Assembly (NCBI GenBank): GCA_004431415.1
Contig: QPMI01000005.1
Span: 186,001-250,000, forward strand
DNA from: Cyanophora paradoxa CCMP329
Taxonomy: Eukaryota; Plantae; Glaucophyta
Reading direction: 5' to 3'
Length of the DNA stretch: 64,000 nt
The notes under the pieces were generated by a model that was not told the DNA's origin, made no database searches, and saw only the letters and a program-made list of their open reading frames with translations. Shown here piece by piece: positions 30,930 through 44,710 of the stretch. The position numbers were made by a program, and so were the translations under genes. Position 1 is the stretch's first letter. Every line of letters begins with the position of its first letter.

Positions 30930-33900
30930 CTATAGCGATATCAGTTCTGCAAGTCTGGGCACCGCCAACGCTTGCTCGACGAGAGGTCTTATCGCATTGT
31001 CCGTCGCTTGCACGAAGAATCTCGTGGATCCCTTCGTCACCAGAGACACCCGAAGCGTTTCGCTGCGAACGGCAAGTATCGCCGCAAGCAGTTCAAGCAG
31101 ACGCGCTTTGTAAGCGTTCATATTTGAGATCGCCAACTCGAAAGGAAGCCCGATAGTGAGCACGAGCGCGTATCCGTCATCAAATGCGTCCGCATCGTCT
31201 GTGAAGGCTGCAGCTGTGCTGTCATTTGCAGCTATTGACTGCCGGCTACAGCGGCCTGAGTAAATGAAGATGCGTTCGCGAATGATGTCAGGTCTATCCT
31301 CTCCGAAAACAATTCGCGCTCCTACAAGTCCGCCTGCCCGATCCTGGCTCTCGCACACGGAACCGGTTTTTACTCGGACAACTTGGTTACCACCGTCGCT
31401 GGACACGTCCAGCACTTGGACGATGGATCCGCCGAGAAAGACAGATGCCATTGACGCGTCTTCCGAGATGATGCGCCTCCCAAAGATGCTTACGATGTCG
31501 CCGCCGCGAACGGAGCCTGGCAACAAGGTTCAAGCTATTACGCAAATTTGAAACGCAAGCTTAAAAGCTTATAATCAAGCGCGCCCGCTAACCTTCGGCA
31601 GGGACAACTCGGTCGATTCCAGAGACGTCGATGGACATTGAGGGCAGCTTGTGCGTTACTTTGAATTCTTGATCGTCTAAAGTGAAGGACATGAAGCCAG
31701 TCCCCAAAGAAGATGTATCCGGGATTTTAATCACGACCTCCTGCTTTGTCAAAAGCAAGGTGAGCCGCATTCAATTCCACGCCAACTGCTTTCATTGTGC
31801 GCAAGGCCAATAAATTGCACCTGGGTTGCGTTACTTGAAAACGTGTGGATTGCAACAATAACTTCCGATTCTAATTGAAGGGAGCGAGCGGGATTTCCGT
31901 CCATCATCACGTGTATGTTCGCACCCTCGACACGCGAAAGCAGCCGGGCCCCCATTAATGTCACCTGTTGGTGGGTTCAGATCATTATCATGCATCGCTA
32001 GATTTTCGCGCGATTGCGTACTAGATTTTCGCGCGATTGCGTACCGTCTTTTCTTCTGATAGTGAAACGGAAGGCGGGCGAATCTCATGGACGCCCGTGT
32101 ACATGAAAGAGGCTTCCTTCGAAAACACGGGCAGGCTGTCGACGAAGCAGTTCACTTGTCCGAGGCCAGCTGTCACGCCAGCTTTCCGAGCGCTTCCTGT
32201 GAGAATGAAGACTGTCCCTGCCCCAGACGACACGATTCTACCGCGGCCGGACTCGGCGGAAACAGCAAGGCCGGCGCCGGACCCGCCAGGGCTGGCTTGC
32301 GAGTCTTGCACCGACGACCAAACCCCCTTTACAGAACACTGCAAAAGACCAGAGGGCCACCAGCCAGTTAGGCTGAGCAATGTGCCGCCGTCGAGAGGAC
32401 CGTGCTCGGGTGAAACAGAGTCAATGCCGAATACAGTGAAGAGCGAGGGACGGACGAAGGTCAGGGGGCTCTCGTCAACTCGGGTCCGGATAGAGACAGA
32501 AACGTCATAAATACCAGAGCGCAGCGGCTCCGCCGCCGACATTGCAGGAAGAAGTGCGATAATTTTTGATGAGTTTTGTTGGATTTCGAAAACCTCCAGC
32601 GCCACAATCTCTGGTTTTGAATCGACACCGCTTCTGCTGGAGATGGAAAGGGCATAGTTTCCAGGGTCGGATTGTTCGGTCAATCCGAATCCAGTCACTG
32701 TCAAGATGTAATCGCCTGTGCTAGATCCACTTGCCGGCGACATGCTGTCGATGCCCACAAACGACAAGGCCCGTTTCCGGATGGTTGTAATCTGCTTTTG
32801 ATTGCGCGTGATGTGCACCGCAATTTCGGCAGGCCCAGTGCCGACGCGCGCGTTGAGCAGATTGGGAAGCTCCACCACAAGAGATGCGCGTTCCACTCCT
32901 CGGCTGTCGTCAAGTTTTGTGACAGTAACTTCCAGACCTGCAACAGTGACCCGCGGCGTTTTTGACAACGTTGTGCTGCCGTCAGAGAGCAGATCAATGC
33001 CGGATATAGTCAGCAGTGTGTTCTTGCTATCAATAGCTAGCAGGGCCGGCGTAACCGAGTAAATGCCCTGCGTGCGTATATATGTCAGCTTCATCGGACC
33101 GCAGAAGCACGCGTACGTCGCGCGCTAGCCTGGTACGTGAAGTTGTTCGAGCCTGCGAACTCGCGGCTTCCTGAAATCAAACTGACCGAGCCAATGATGC
33201 CCTGCTGCAGCTGCGAACTGGAAAGCTGGTTTATAGTTGCGTCGTCGACGCTGCCCAGCGAACGTGATTTGCCGCGTAGGAAATTGAAAAACGTCAAGGT
33301 TCACTCGCCTTCCGGTTTCTAAGATGACACGCATTTCCCCCCGAAGCGCGTTGGTGTGCTCAACTACAATTTGGCTTGCAGCAAAGCCTGCAAGCGTTGC
33401 GCGTAGCGAAGATGAATATGTGGAGGCGCTGGCTTCGACCAGATCGACACCCGTCATAGTCACATTCGCGCCTCCATCCACGTAGCCCCTCATCGGGAAA
33501 GGCTCTTGCATTAAAGCAGCAACTGAAAGGAAAGTCAGCAGCTAGAGCAGCAGCAGCAGTTCTGATTATAATTAACTTAAATGCAGGAAAGTTTTGTCTA
33601 CAAAGTATGCGAACCTGCGTGGTAGCCAAACGGAACCGGTGAGACGATTCTGCCGCGCGAATAGGACGAAACCGCTATGTCGCATGGTGTGTATCCAGTC
33701 GATAGGGCATGAGGGAATGCGTCGACGACAATTGCAGCGGCGAAATCGATGCAGCTTGCAAGCCCTGGAGCTGCATCGATATCCGGGTCTTGCACAGGCT
33801 CCCAGCGGTACTCGCCCGAAGGAATGGATACATCAATGCCGGGACATTGGATCACGACACTGTCGACGTCTTCCAAGTTCTCTGCCATGTCGCAGCCTAT

Positions 33901-36300
33901 GATAGAGACAGGATACTGGAGCGAATTCATAATTAATTAAGATTAATTTGCAGTCCACACGAAAAGGTTAAGAGCGCACCCCGCCGGCATTTGGACCGTG
34001 TTGCGGCGTCAATCCGTTGACTCGACCCTTGCCGCGGTACGAAAATATGGGTTGTGCCGGGAGCCAAGAGCACCACTCCCCAGCAGCTGGGCCAGACCCC
34101 AGCATTGCGAGGACCGGTCCAGAGAAGAAGGAAGTTCGGGCGGAGCTCCCTGTTGTCACAACAAGAGCGGAAGCATTCCTTTCGATCGAAGAAACTTCCA
34201 CGCCAGCCAAGAAGACGCGGGAGACTTGCAAGGCGGGGTTCACGAGCGCCGAGCGCGATGTAAATTCGACGCTCGATAGCGTGCCACCGTCCAGTTTGCC
34301 GTAAGCTGGCGATATGGAAGTGACCGAGCAAACGGGCAGTAGTGCCTGGCTCCTAATGGAAACGCGCTCCGCGGAAAACCCGTCGATCAGGCTTTCGGGC
34401 AACCTGTGGACACGAAAGAGGCCGTCAAAGTGCTGCTACATTGGGCATGCACAAGTGCACTGTACACGCACATATCAACTGTCGCCAGCACGTTAAGTGA
34501 TCCGGATCTCGGCTCCTTCACCTCAATCGCAGACATATTCAGTGTGCATGGCAGACCGCAGGCGGTGAAGATGCTGTCCACGAGATCTACGTCGACGACT
34601 GTTAGAGAGAGTCGCGTCGTCGTCGAGGTCGGAGCGTCGGGAGATCCTGTTGCAAGGACAGCTGCGCTATAGAGCCCCGGCGAGGGATGGAACCGAAAGG
34701 CCCGCTCCAAGCGCCCCAGACCGCGTGAGTGAGACCCCAGCTCGATGTCGCAGTCGACGGCGATGCGTGCGGGCTGAAACAGGCTGGCAAGCGGGGGGAT
34801 GCTGAAGACGAGGCTCGTGAGGTTGGCGTGGACGAGCGATGCAGGGGCGACAGATCCGTCTTCGCATAGCAGCCGCACGAATTCCACGTCATCTGCATCG
34901 CTGGCAAGGCTCTCGCCCACGACGGTCGCGCTGAGCACCGTTTCGTGCCTCGGGCCGTGATTCGGCGTGATAGACGATAGAACAGGCATCCCATTGTAAG
35001 TGAAGCCCGCCGAGGCTTCCGCGATGCAATCGCCATGGCTGGAAGACGATACAGAAATACCATCGATGCGCGGGCTGCTGGCAGGCCCTGTCCGGACTAC
35101 CAACGCGCCGGCCAAGCGGCTCTCGACTTTGCTGACAGCGATGCCAGCCAAGGATACAGCATTGTCTGAGATGGCGTCACCAGAGTGAAACTCGCCGAAG
35201 ATGGTCACGATGCTTCCCCCCACGAGCTTTCCGTTGTTTGGAACGGCCGAATGCACGTGACACGCTGCTCGAATTTCATGATCAGTGAAACCTCAGGAGA
35301 GACTTTGTAAAATTAAATCAATATTGCTTATGCACCTGGATTGTACGTGAACCTGCAGCCTGTGCAGTTCGCCGCCTCCGTCGACCCTCGCGAAGCGGAA
35401 AGCACGGTGACGGTGACCGTTAGGCTTGTGATCACGTTGGTCTCTGGAACGATAGCAACGACTGCGCGGTCGCTCGGAGGTGGATCGCGAACAATTTCGG
35501 CCTCCAAGTCTCCAAATTTAACGACCGAGATGGAATCCCATACTTCCGCAAAAAAGCGCCCGGTGATTGTAACTGAACGGCGCGTCTAACAATATTAATA
35601 GAGAACTGCGACAGTACAAGAGCTTGAATTATTCACGAACCTCTACGGCGTCCTTGATACGGTCCTGCAGGGGGATCTAATCCATCGATAGATCCGGCTG
35701 CACAAAGCGAACGTCAGATCGAGTCACCAGAGCAACCGCAATTTCCGCGAATGGCGCACGAGGAAGGTACGTGTACGCTTCAGCTGCGCTTATCGTCTTC
35801 TGAAAGAGCTTTGAGTAGACGATGATTTCCCCAGAAAGTTGCGACAGAGCGGCGCGGCGAGCGTCTCCAGCTCTCACAACGACTCGCGTGTGGGAACTTG
35901 AAATCTGCACCGCGCGCACGGCATTCCGGTGGCTTCAGCTGCAAACAAAATTCGACATGACATGGGCTTACGATGCTTTCTACCGGGACGCCGCACAGGT
36001 CAACTCGGTATACGTCCGAGGGGACTGTATCAACTCCAAGATGCTCGCCTATCGCAATTGAACGAGTCAGCCCAACTCCTTTTAGCACATGCATTATGAA
36101 CATGATCATGATATTGAAAGTGTTACCAGATATTACTACAACGTTGCCTCCGGCCAAAGGGCCAGCCGCAGAGTCACGGGCCGCTGTGTTTATGAATCCG
36201 GCACGCATGATTGCAATCTCATTTATTCCGACCGGCGACTGAATTTCGAATCGCGGATCATAATTAGAAGGATCTGTGTGCGATTCGATCGCAAGGGCCG
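30930..36300 (-). CDS. Host gene exons: tandem IPT/TIG (Ig-like) domains
   Basis: Repeated I..[IV]SP..G...GG..[VL]T[IL].G and F.Y motifs in ORFs 30930, 32021, 33125, 33968, 34387 and 35780. Confidence 0.7.
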
Positions 36301-39300
36301 TGGCCACGCACCAGCGATCTCGCCCCGACGATGAAAGCGAGTGTCTCGCGCGCGGAAAGAAAGTTGTTCTGCACGAGCTGGCGGTTCAGCAGCGCCCCGG
36401 GTTGCTTGTCGGTGTAGAATGACAGCTCGGCCTTGGACGGATCGGAATAAGACGGCACATAAGACATGTACACGCGCCACTTGCGGACGCGCGATGTGAA
36501 GTCTGCCAGGTTCGGTTGCACAGCGATGGCGGCGGGAAAGAAGCCAATGCTAGAGCGCGACGTTCCGGTGCCGGTGCGGCGTCCGTCGAACGCGGAGACG
36601 CCCGGGCGAATGTCAGAGACCACAGGGGACGTCGGCCCTCGCTCGTCCAGTCGAACCGCGACAGAGACTCCCTGCAATACGATGGCGAGTTTGCTACAAT
36701 TAGCAGAAGCTCATGATCACAGTCAATCAATTTGTGAAGTGGCCAGCGCGTACCATGAGGTGTCCCGTGTCCGTTGAGTAAAACGATCGGAGCTGCTGCA
36801 GCGAGGTGCGGCTATCTTGACACAGCGCCTCAGGCACGTCCCCAAGGCTGAAGCTGATCGTCGAAGGCGCCTCATCGGCGCTGTCTGCCGGTGTCGACAG
36901 AGTGATAGATGCTTTGAAGCTGAAGGCACTCGACAACAGATTCGAAGACACAAGCCGCTCTCCGAGCTGCCTCGCGTTGTATCAGTATTCGAATTTCTAG
37001 TCAGGCGCTAGTGAAGCTCACCGGAAAAACCAGAAACGCGCCAGGGATTGGGCCCCTTCCATCACTGCTGTCATTGATAGCCGCCCCTTTGAGCTGGTAG
37101 TTCAGCATAATCCGCCGCGAATCTGATCATGAGTAGAAGAGCAGTTTATAATTAGCATCTGCATTGGGCTGCGGTTTCGTGCTTCGTTCCCAAATTTTAT
37201 TGCGTACCCGTTTGACTGCATATTGCATCGTCTTCGGTGTATTGCCTCGCAATGTGCGAAATATGTCCCAGCTCCTGCTCGCTTTGTTCGAGATCGTAAT
37301 GCAGAATTACGCCAGCATCGTCCACTGCGGGTGCATTCGTGTTTGTGGAAGCAAGGCAAACCCGTGATACTCTCTACTCACCTTTTCGAACCATTGCTGT
37401 GAAGTTGCCGGTACCACGTCCGAAGCCAGAATCCACGTCGCTGTCGCAAAGGAGTACCACGCGAATCCTTGCGGTTTGGGATGTGATAACGTAGCGCCCG
37501 CTGCTTTGCTCTATCCGTCCGATCTCCACTCCACCATTGTGTTCGTGCTTGTCGAACACCTGCGAACGAGTGATCCTGCTTTTTAGAAGGACAAAATCCG
37601 AATCAGTCGAGGAATACAACAAGCGCTGACTCTGATGGAGGCTCCAATTGTGAGAAAAGCCTCCTGAAGCTCGAAGGCAAGAGGTCCGGAATGTGCGTGA
37701 AATTCCCTGTCGAGCAAGATCTACAGTCAGGCAAAACAGCTCTAAGACTGTCGCCGGTTCTGCTCGGCGGCTTGTATGCATATCGCACCACTCCTTCCTG
37801 CCTCTCAAAGCACAGTGCACCTCCCGTCCAATCCAGCTATACTGACCACCAGCGTGCGCCTCCAGAGAAATAGAAAGGGTTTCGATGGTTTCAAGAGCCG
37901 CTGGATCAACTGTCGCCCAAATAATCTCGATGTAAACGATCGCAGCACGAATTCTCAAAATAAATGAGCACGTTAAATTACCAGTCTGGAAGTAACCGTT
38001 GAACTTCAAGCCAAGTGAGTTTCGAGATAAGCCAGAAACCAGAACGAAGAGCGCTTGTCCAGAACCCAAGACAAGGGAGGCGTTGCTGTTCGTCTCTCCT
38101 CGAATTAGCTGAAGCGTTCTCGTGGGATTCGCCCAGTGGTCATCGAAGACCTGATCATGACGTGGCATTGAAATGCAAGCTGCAATTAAGTAGAGGAATA
38201 AGATGAATACACACGGTAAGAATCTCGTCGACGCCGAGATAAGAAGCTTGGAATTGTACAGCTGCCAACGCAGGCGGAGCAGAGAAAACATGCCTGCAAA
38301 GAAAGCGAAGAATCGAAATCGAAGCTTAACTTGTGCTAGTGAGAGGCCTAGAAATGACGCACCAGGATGGGGAGAACGTCAACGAACTGTTGAAGAAATC
38401 TTCGCGCACTTCAAAGAGTATCTCTTGAGGTGATCTGGATGCATTGATTTGGATTATTGACTCGTTGGCGCTGAGCCCTGCAGGTGGGGGCGGAAATCAG
38501 CTTTGATTTGCTGCCATTGTTTCTGGAGACAGTAACAGCCAGCTACAGCATCAACAACTCGCCCATTTGAAAAGAAACATCGATTCGGCCGCCTCCCGTC
38601 TCAAAGACGACGAGCACCAGGTTAGTCGAGCTGACAGAAACTGCCCTCTCTGGACTGGCGTTATCTGACAGATTGTCTAACAGGAGAACACCATCCCTGC
38701 AGCAGCCGTCGAATATCTGCGAAATTTAAAGTCCAGTATCTGAGAAGAATCATATATAAATGATATTTGGGCAGCTGTGTACCTTGACGCGCGTCCATCC
38801 GCCGCTCGTAGACGTGAAAAGATGAACCCTCTCTTTCGCCTGGGCTTGAAGAAGCCTTCGTGTTGAATTAAGCACATTTTTAATGAGCCACAATTATGGT
38901 TCTCGCATATTTGAAAGCAAGGTACTGCATACATACCATGATGTGGAATCCGCGCTTGAGAGTGTTCCGAATGCAGATGCTTTGTCCGCAATTACCGAGG
39001 AGCCTCTTTCTACAGAGCGAATTATCGATAGGCTCGACTTCGCGAACAAAGTGAGATTTGTTCGAACCTGCTGACACGCGCGCCGAAAGCAGCCCCGCAC
39101 CGCGGGCCTCAAGCACGATGCACAAACCGCTAGATCGAGAAGTTGAAGCGATGGAAACGGCTTCGTCGAATAGTCCGCTCGTCTCAAGAAGCAGGGGCGC
39201 CCCCTCCAGCCAGCAGTCCCCTGAGTCGTAGACCCTAACAGCGTCCTTTTGTGGCGTGGTTTGAATGTAAAGGCTGGCCCAGACCCGATAGCCCAGCGGA

Positions 39301-42300
39301 GCCCGCACAGCCCTGTTGAGCGTCGAGTGAAAATCGTACACAGAAACTTGAAGATCGAGACCCCTGCGAGAGCGGACCATTGCTTGTACTCGCCGGCTAA
39401 ATATTGAGAGCCGTTTAACTTGACGCTTGCGCCGCTCTCCGAGAGATGCACTCTCTCAATGTATTCCTGGGCGACTGTTTGAAACGACATCCGTCAGTCC
39501 AAGTCATTCACTTTCTATTCACATGATTCGAAGTTGTAATCGAATTTTGGCTCACTTTCAATCGAATATTGAAGCTCAAATGAAGAACACCGCCCTTCAT
39601 TGCAGCTGACGGCAACGAGAGGGGAGGATGCGCTCGCGTAGAGCGTAGTTGTTCTCGCAAGCGGACGGCCGCGGGCACTAGTACTGGAAGCAGATTCTTG
39701 CTTTCCGAGATCGAACAGCTGCGCGCACAATGCGAAGGTGTGACGCAATGAATGCGCGGATATAAACGTTTTTTATTGACGATATTAAAGATGTTCGAAC
39801 CAGGAGATTTTCGTCAGCTGGCGAGAGAAGAGTGAGGCGGAGCACGAATGCATGCCCAGTTCGCCACCAAGGCTGGGCAGCATCGAAGAACCTGCGTTTA
39901 TAGATCGATTTTGCACGTTGGTGATCACGATCACCGTCATTAAATAATGTTGTACCATATGGAATTGCAGGAATTGATGTTACTTGCATCGACCCGCAGG
40001 AGTTTGGCAGCCGGCGCCGCAACGAGCACACGGGGCGCCTCAGGGATAGGTGATGGCAAGCAGCCTCGAGGGCTCGCGGCGACCAGAAGCTTGAACCCGA
40101 AAGAGGGCCTGTCGCCTCCTATGAAGCCGGTTGAATCGCACGCGGACCCTTTGAAAACCACGGACGCAGAGGAGTCCGTAACACTTAGAGTTCGCGTATC
40201 CTCATTTTGCGCTCGCGCCTGCAGAAGCTTTCCGGCGCTGCGATCGATATCGCCGCCCTCGTATATCTGACGATCGCATATTGATAGAGCAGAGCGTTTT
40301 GTACAAAGATCCTGACCTCAAGAACGTCGCTGGCTCTTTCGAAAAGAGCGCTTGAAATGTGCACAATCAAGTTGGATCCTTCCGAACCGCGGACGACCCT
40401 GCTCGACAGTTTAGCGTAAGTGAGCACATTTGCTTATCATGCCATGCTTAGCACCAGGTTTCCTGGAATCCGCAAGGGTAGTGCCTGACATCGATTACTG
40501 TGCCGTTTCCCGTCGCTTCCACAATTCGAGGCGCAGACGAGACGGTGGCAGCGAAGCCGCGATGTGGAATCAGGTCAGAAACTTGTGGTGAAGGGGGTAT
40601 CGACCGGACCGATCCCGAGGACCGGAGCGTTATGGTTAGCCTGCCGCCTCCAGATTTTACGAACACTTGGCCAGCCCGGAAGTCGACGAGCCGGTCGACG
40701 TCGTGAGCGTCTGCCAAGGGAGGCTCGATCTGAAAGTCGGCAGCTTTTATATCCCCGGTTGCTCGGAAACGTTCCCCTAAATCATCCGAGACCTGAGCAG
40801 AAATCAAAGTAAGAAATCTGACATAAACTATGAGAACAAGAACGGCACCTCGATAAAGTCCATGCCAAGAAGAGTGGAAATATCCGGGAAAAGCGCATGA
40901 ATTTGGCGCCCAGGAGAAGAGACAATTTCCCTGTCGATCAAATGAGGTTTGTTTACCGCATGAACGTCGAAAGCTTTAAGTGCTCGCCATTTCCGAACAA
41001 TCCCAGAGGGATACTCTGTCGGATACCCGTCGTCGATGGACATTGTTGAGCCATTCGAACTCAAAGCGATCGACGTAACTGGAGAACATTACCGCGTTAG
41101 GTATAGGAATCGGAAGCTACAAGATGCACGCTTGCCGTAGTGGACAGAGGCCTTGAAATAAGAGTCCTCCGAAACCCCATCTTCAGCGAGCTCGTCCAGA
41201 AAACTAATAAAGAGAGGACCGGATAGAGGGCCTCTAAAAGCAACTGAGCCAAACTGATTCTTGAGCTCATCCAGATTTCCACTGAATCGTGCCAGGGGCT
41301 GTCCGGTCGCATCGATGCCATTAAATACCTGGCCTGAAGATGAGCAAACCTTATGTCTTGCAGCTGAAATAAGGCCGTACGCACCGATAAGTACACTCTT
41401 TTAGCGGCGCACGAAATGTTAAAGATCTCGAGTTCCACCGAACTCTCAGGTTCCGCCGGCCTTACGAGCCTTCGCACAATATTTTAGTTACGCAGAAAGA
41501 CAGAGCTCGAGATCAAGTCGGACAGAGATTAGCAGCAGCGCACCAGCTTGCAAGGACTCGAGAGGAAGCGTCAATGGAGTGATAAATTATTTCATTGGGT
41601 ATGCTTGCATCTAATACAATTTCCTGGAATCTATCCAAAACTGCGAGCAGCGTCGATACTCGTTTCCTTTGAAAGAGGAACGACTCAAGCGAAGAACTTG
41701 CCTGGCGCAAGATCAATCGTAAAAGAAGCATTCAGGTGCGCCGCCCGAAGCAAAAGAATTGTTGTGCTGCTCTTATCGACAAATTGGAACGTATATGAGT
41801 GCTCATTTGGCTGAATGAGCTTGCTCAGCTTCCGCTGCTGAACACGGTCGCCGTCATATACCTAGTTTGAATGAGAATTTTGTGTCTTTCAATTCTAAGG
41901 TGCGAAAGCAAAATTCGCACAGCGATAGAGTCGTCTTCCTTAATATTAAAATCCAAAACGTCAAATCGAAAATGCTCCCCCGCAGGAGCACGTATGATCC
42001 TGCGCGATGGGAGCGAATGGGTCCGAGAAGGGCGTCTCAAATCTGAGTTCCATGTTCCACGATCGAGCGGTTCACACAAACTGACGAACCAAGCGCGCGT
42101 CGGGAGCAACGCTGCGAATGCGCCTTGCTCGCAGACATGCGTGAACGCTCCCGCTCCCACGCTCAGAGCAGTAAACTCGACTGCACCAAAAAGCAGGTTA
42201 TGCAAACTCGCGATCGCTTCACAGCATTACTTTGCGTTCTGGTTTCACGCACCGAACGATGCTTCCGCACGGAAATCCGTGACGGGTTCGGTTTGAGTAC

Positions 42301-42480
42301 TGGTAGAGACGTAGGATACTGTAAGAACGCTGACGCGGTCACTGCTATAGATTTCTGCGCTTCCATATTGCGCAATAAAGCCGGAAAGATCTCCGCTGTA
42401 ACGCAGAAGCATTGTACTTGAGGTGTCAGGCCCTTCGTATATCTTAATGCGACGTTAGCACAATCAAGTGCAACAGGCAC
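36264..42480 (-). CDS. Host gene exons: further extracellular beta domains (P-domain-like, CUB-like); exon structure unresolved
   Basis: CUB-like patterns (IRAPLGYRV, IRAPAGEHFRFDVLDFNI, SGGGRLTITLRS...RGFAATV, EYPSG) in minus-strand ORF fragments. Confidence 0.45.
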
Positions 42481-42483
42481 GAT

Positions 42484-43843
42484 TTACATCTTTTGCATAT
42501 TCACCGAGATTGAAGCTGCATTAGAAGTCGATAGGCTCGTGAACTTGACGACTGCTGCGGAGCTTTTTGGAGCACGAATGACCCACACAGAAGTCGCGAA
42601 GGTCGACCCTGGAAAACTGAAACGGGAATTTTCCGGGGAAAGGTCCATTTCGACTGGCGGCTGGAGGGATGCGGAACGCGACCCCAGGTTGTCGCTTAGT
42701 GCTGATAAACTGCGCGTTAAGCAAATTCGACTATGGGATACGCAGCACAAAAGCTGACCGAATTCTGCAAACATAACAGGGTTGGGCGCTGACGAAGAGT
42801 GTGCGCGGCTCATATTCAGCAGTAAGAAGTCCTGCTGTGACTCGCGTTCGACCAGCGCCAAACTCAGCGCGCCGTTCACCGAAATCGACGACAACATAAT
42901 CCTTGAAAACTTGGATGCGTCTCCAATAATGGTTAGCAAGGTGCCTGTTGGAGCGTCGAACTCGCGAAGCATTCCGTCAAGCGAGGAAGTTATAAAACGT
43001 CGGCTGTCGGAGCTGAACGCAAGCGAAGTCACCCCTCCGCAGTGCCCAGGAACGGAGAACGAAGAGAGCGATGAAGCGAGTCTCCAGACGCGGAAGCGCT
43101 CCTCCGCGAGAGAACATGACGACACCATTTCGCCCCATGCGTCCGAGGCCGCAGCAAGGAGCTGCCCGTCGGGAGAAAAGGAAATGGCAGAGATCGATTT
43201 CTGGAAGCCCGGCAAGACAACTGCGCTCCCATCTTTGATGTTGAAGAGCCGAATTGAACCGTCTGCTCCACCGGATGCTAAGCGCATTCCGTCGGATGAT
43301 GCAGCAAGGGCGGTGACGCGCGCGCCATCGTGAGCTCGCTTTTTTTCCCACGTAATGAGTTTGCTGCCCAGCGTCCGAATGATGACGCGGCCGTCGTCGC
43401 TGCAAGAAGCAACAAATCTCCTGGTAACATATACAGCGTTCACGGGGCCCATATGCTCCGTGAAGCGATTCACCAGCGTCAAGGATGATACAAACCAGAT
43501 TTGGACGGACCCGTCGGCGCTTGCGGTCGCTAGCAAAGCTTCGTCGGGAGAGAAATAGAGACTAAGGATGCGTCCGACGCCAGCGATCCGGCCTGTTATG
43601 GCCAGCGTTGATGCGTTCCTAATGATGATTCGCCCATCACTGTGCCCGGAAGCAAAGAGGCGCGCGCTGCGGCTCCAGGCCAGAGCCGTGATTTTACTCT
43701 CGCCCAGATCTGAAGCAGACATATTTATTTGTGTTGCCGCAGACAAGAGCGCCGAGACCCGGCCAGCAGCAAAGAATGAGGAAAGACCAAAGGTTCCGTT
43801 TCCAGCATCCCGAGCTGCAAATCGAATTGCAGGTGGAACTTAG
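42484..43843 (-). CDS. Host exon encoding a WD40 beta-propeller
   Basis: FSPDE.LLATASADGSVQIW, LASGGADGSIRLF, GH...VTSLAFSSD..RFITSSLDG. Confidence 0.85.
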
Positions 43844-44710
43844 ATCCATGCCGTCCCAGCTTTGCATACGATTGCAAAACTGCAACTCGCCAACGCACAT
43901 TTAATCATGATGTAGTACTGATTCCCAGTAGAAACCTGGGCCCGAAGAGTGGCAGCGCGTCTTCGATCTCCAATGCTGCACTCGGGCGCGATATCTGAAT
44001 GCATGGTACGAAAATATTCAATATGCAATTCGGGTCCATATTCTAATTTGGTTAAAAGCATCATGAAAAGGATCACCACTTTTTGCAATGATGGACGTGC
44101 TTGCAAATTGCGCGACTGGACATGCTTGCGCGTCCAAGAGCCAGATCGATGTATTGAGTTCTGTCTCCCAAGCACATGTGGAAATAAACAGCACTCTGAA
44201 GAAAGAAGGGTGAACAAAGAGTTTCATTGAGCGAAACAGGCAGGTCGACCCGGCCGCCGGGGAACGCACCCGCTCGAAGGGGCATAAAAATTGTACCAAG
44301 CTTCTGCACTTCCGTTGTTTCCCACGTAGGCGGCAGCAGTGGCTCCCACCAAATTGGTCCGCGCCCCCAGCGAGAAGGCCGAGGAGCAAGGCACGAAGGT
44401 GCTGTTAGGAGGAGGCAGAGGTGTCGGAGTCGGTGGGGGCGTCGTGGGCGCGGGAGGCTCGATAAACGTGAATGAAAGAACGAAATCTCCCTCATTAAGA
44501 TTGTAGCCTGCGAACGCGTCAGCTGCAGATTGCGACCGTGCACACCATAAACGACGAGAGAACCTTCAACAACAATGTAATACATCGAACCGTTGGTAAC
44601 AGATGCGGTTAGTGTTGACGCTCGGACGTTGAATGGGCACGTGAATTCGGCGTAGTCGTCTGTGTACTTTATGAATGAGCATTACGTATTCGGGTGGCGG
44701 CCCTCGAATC

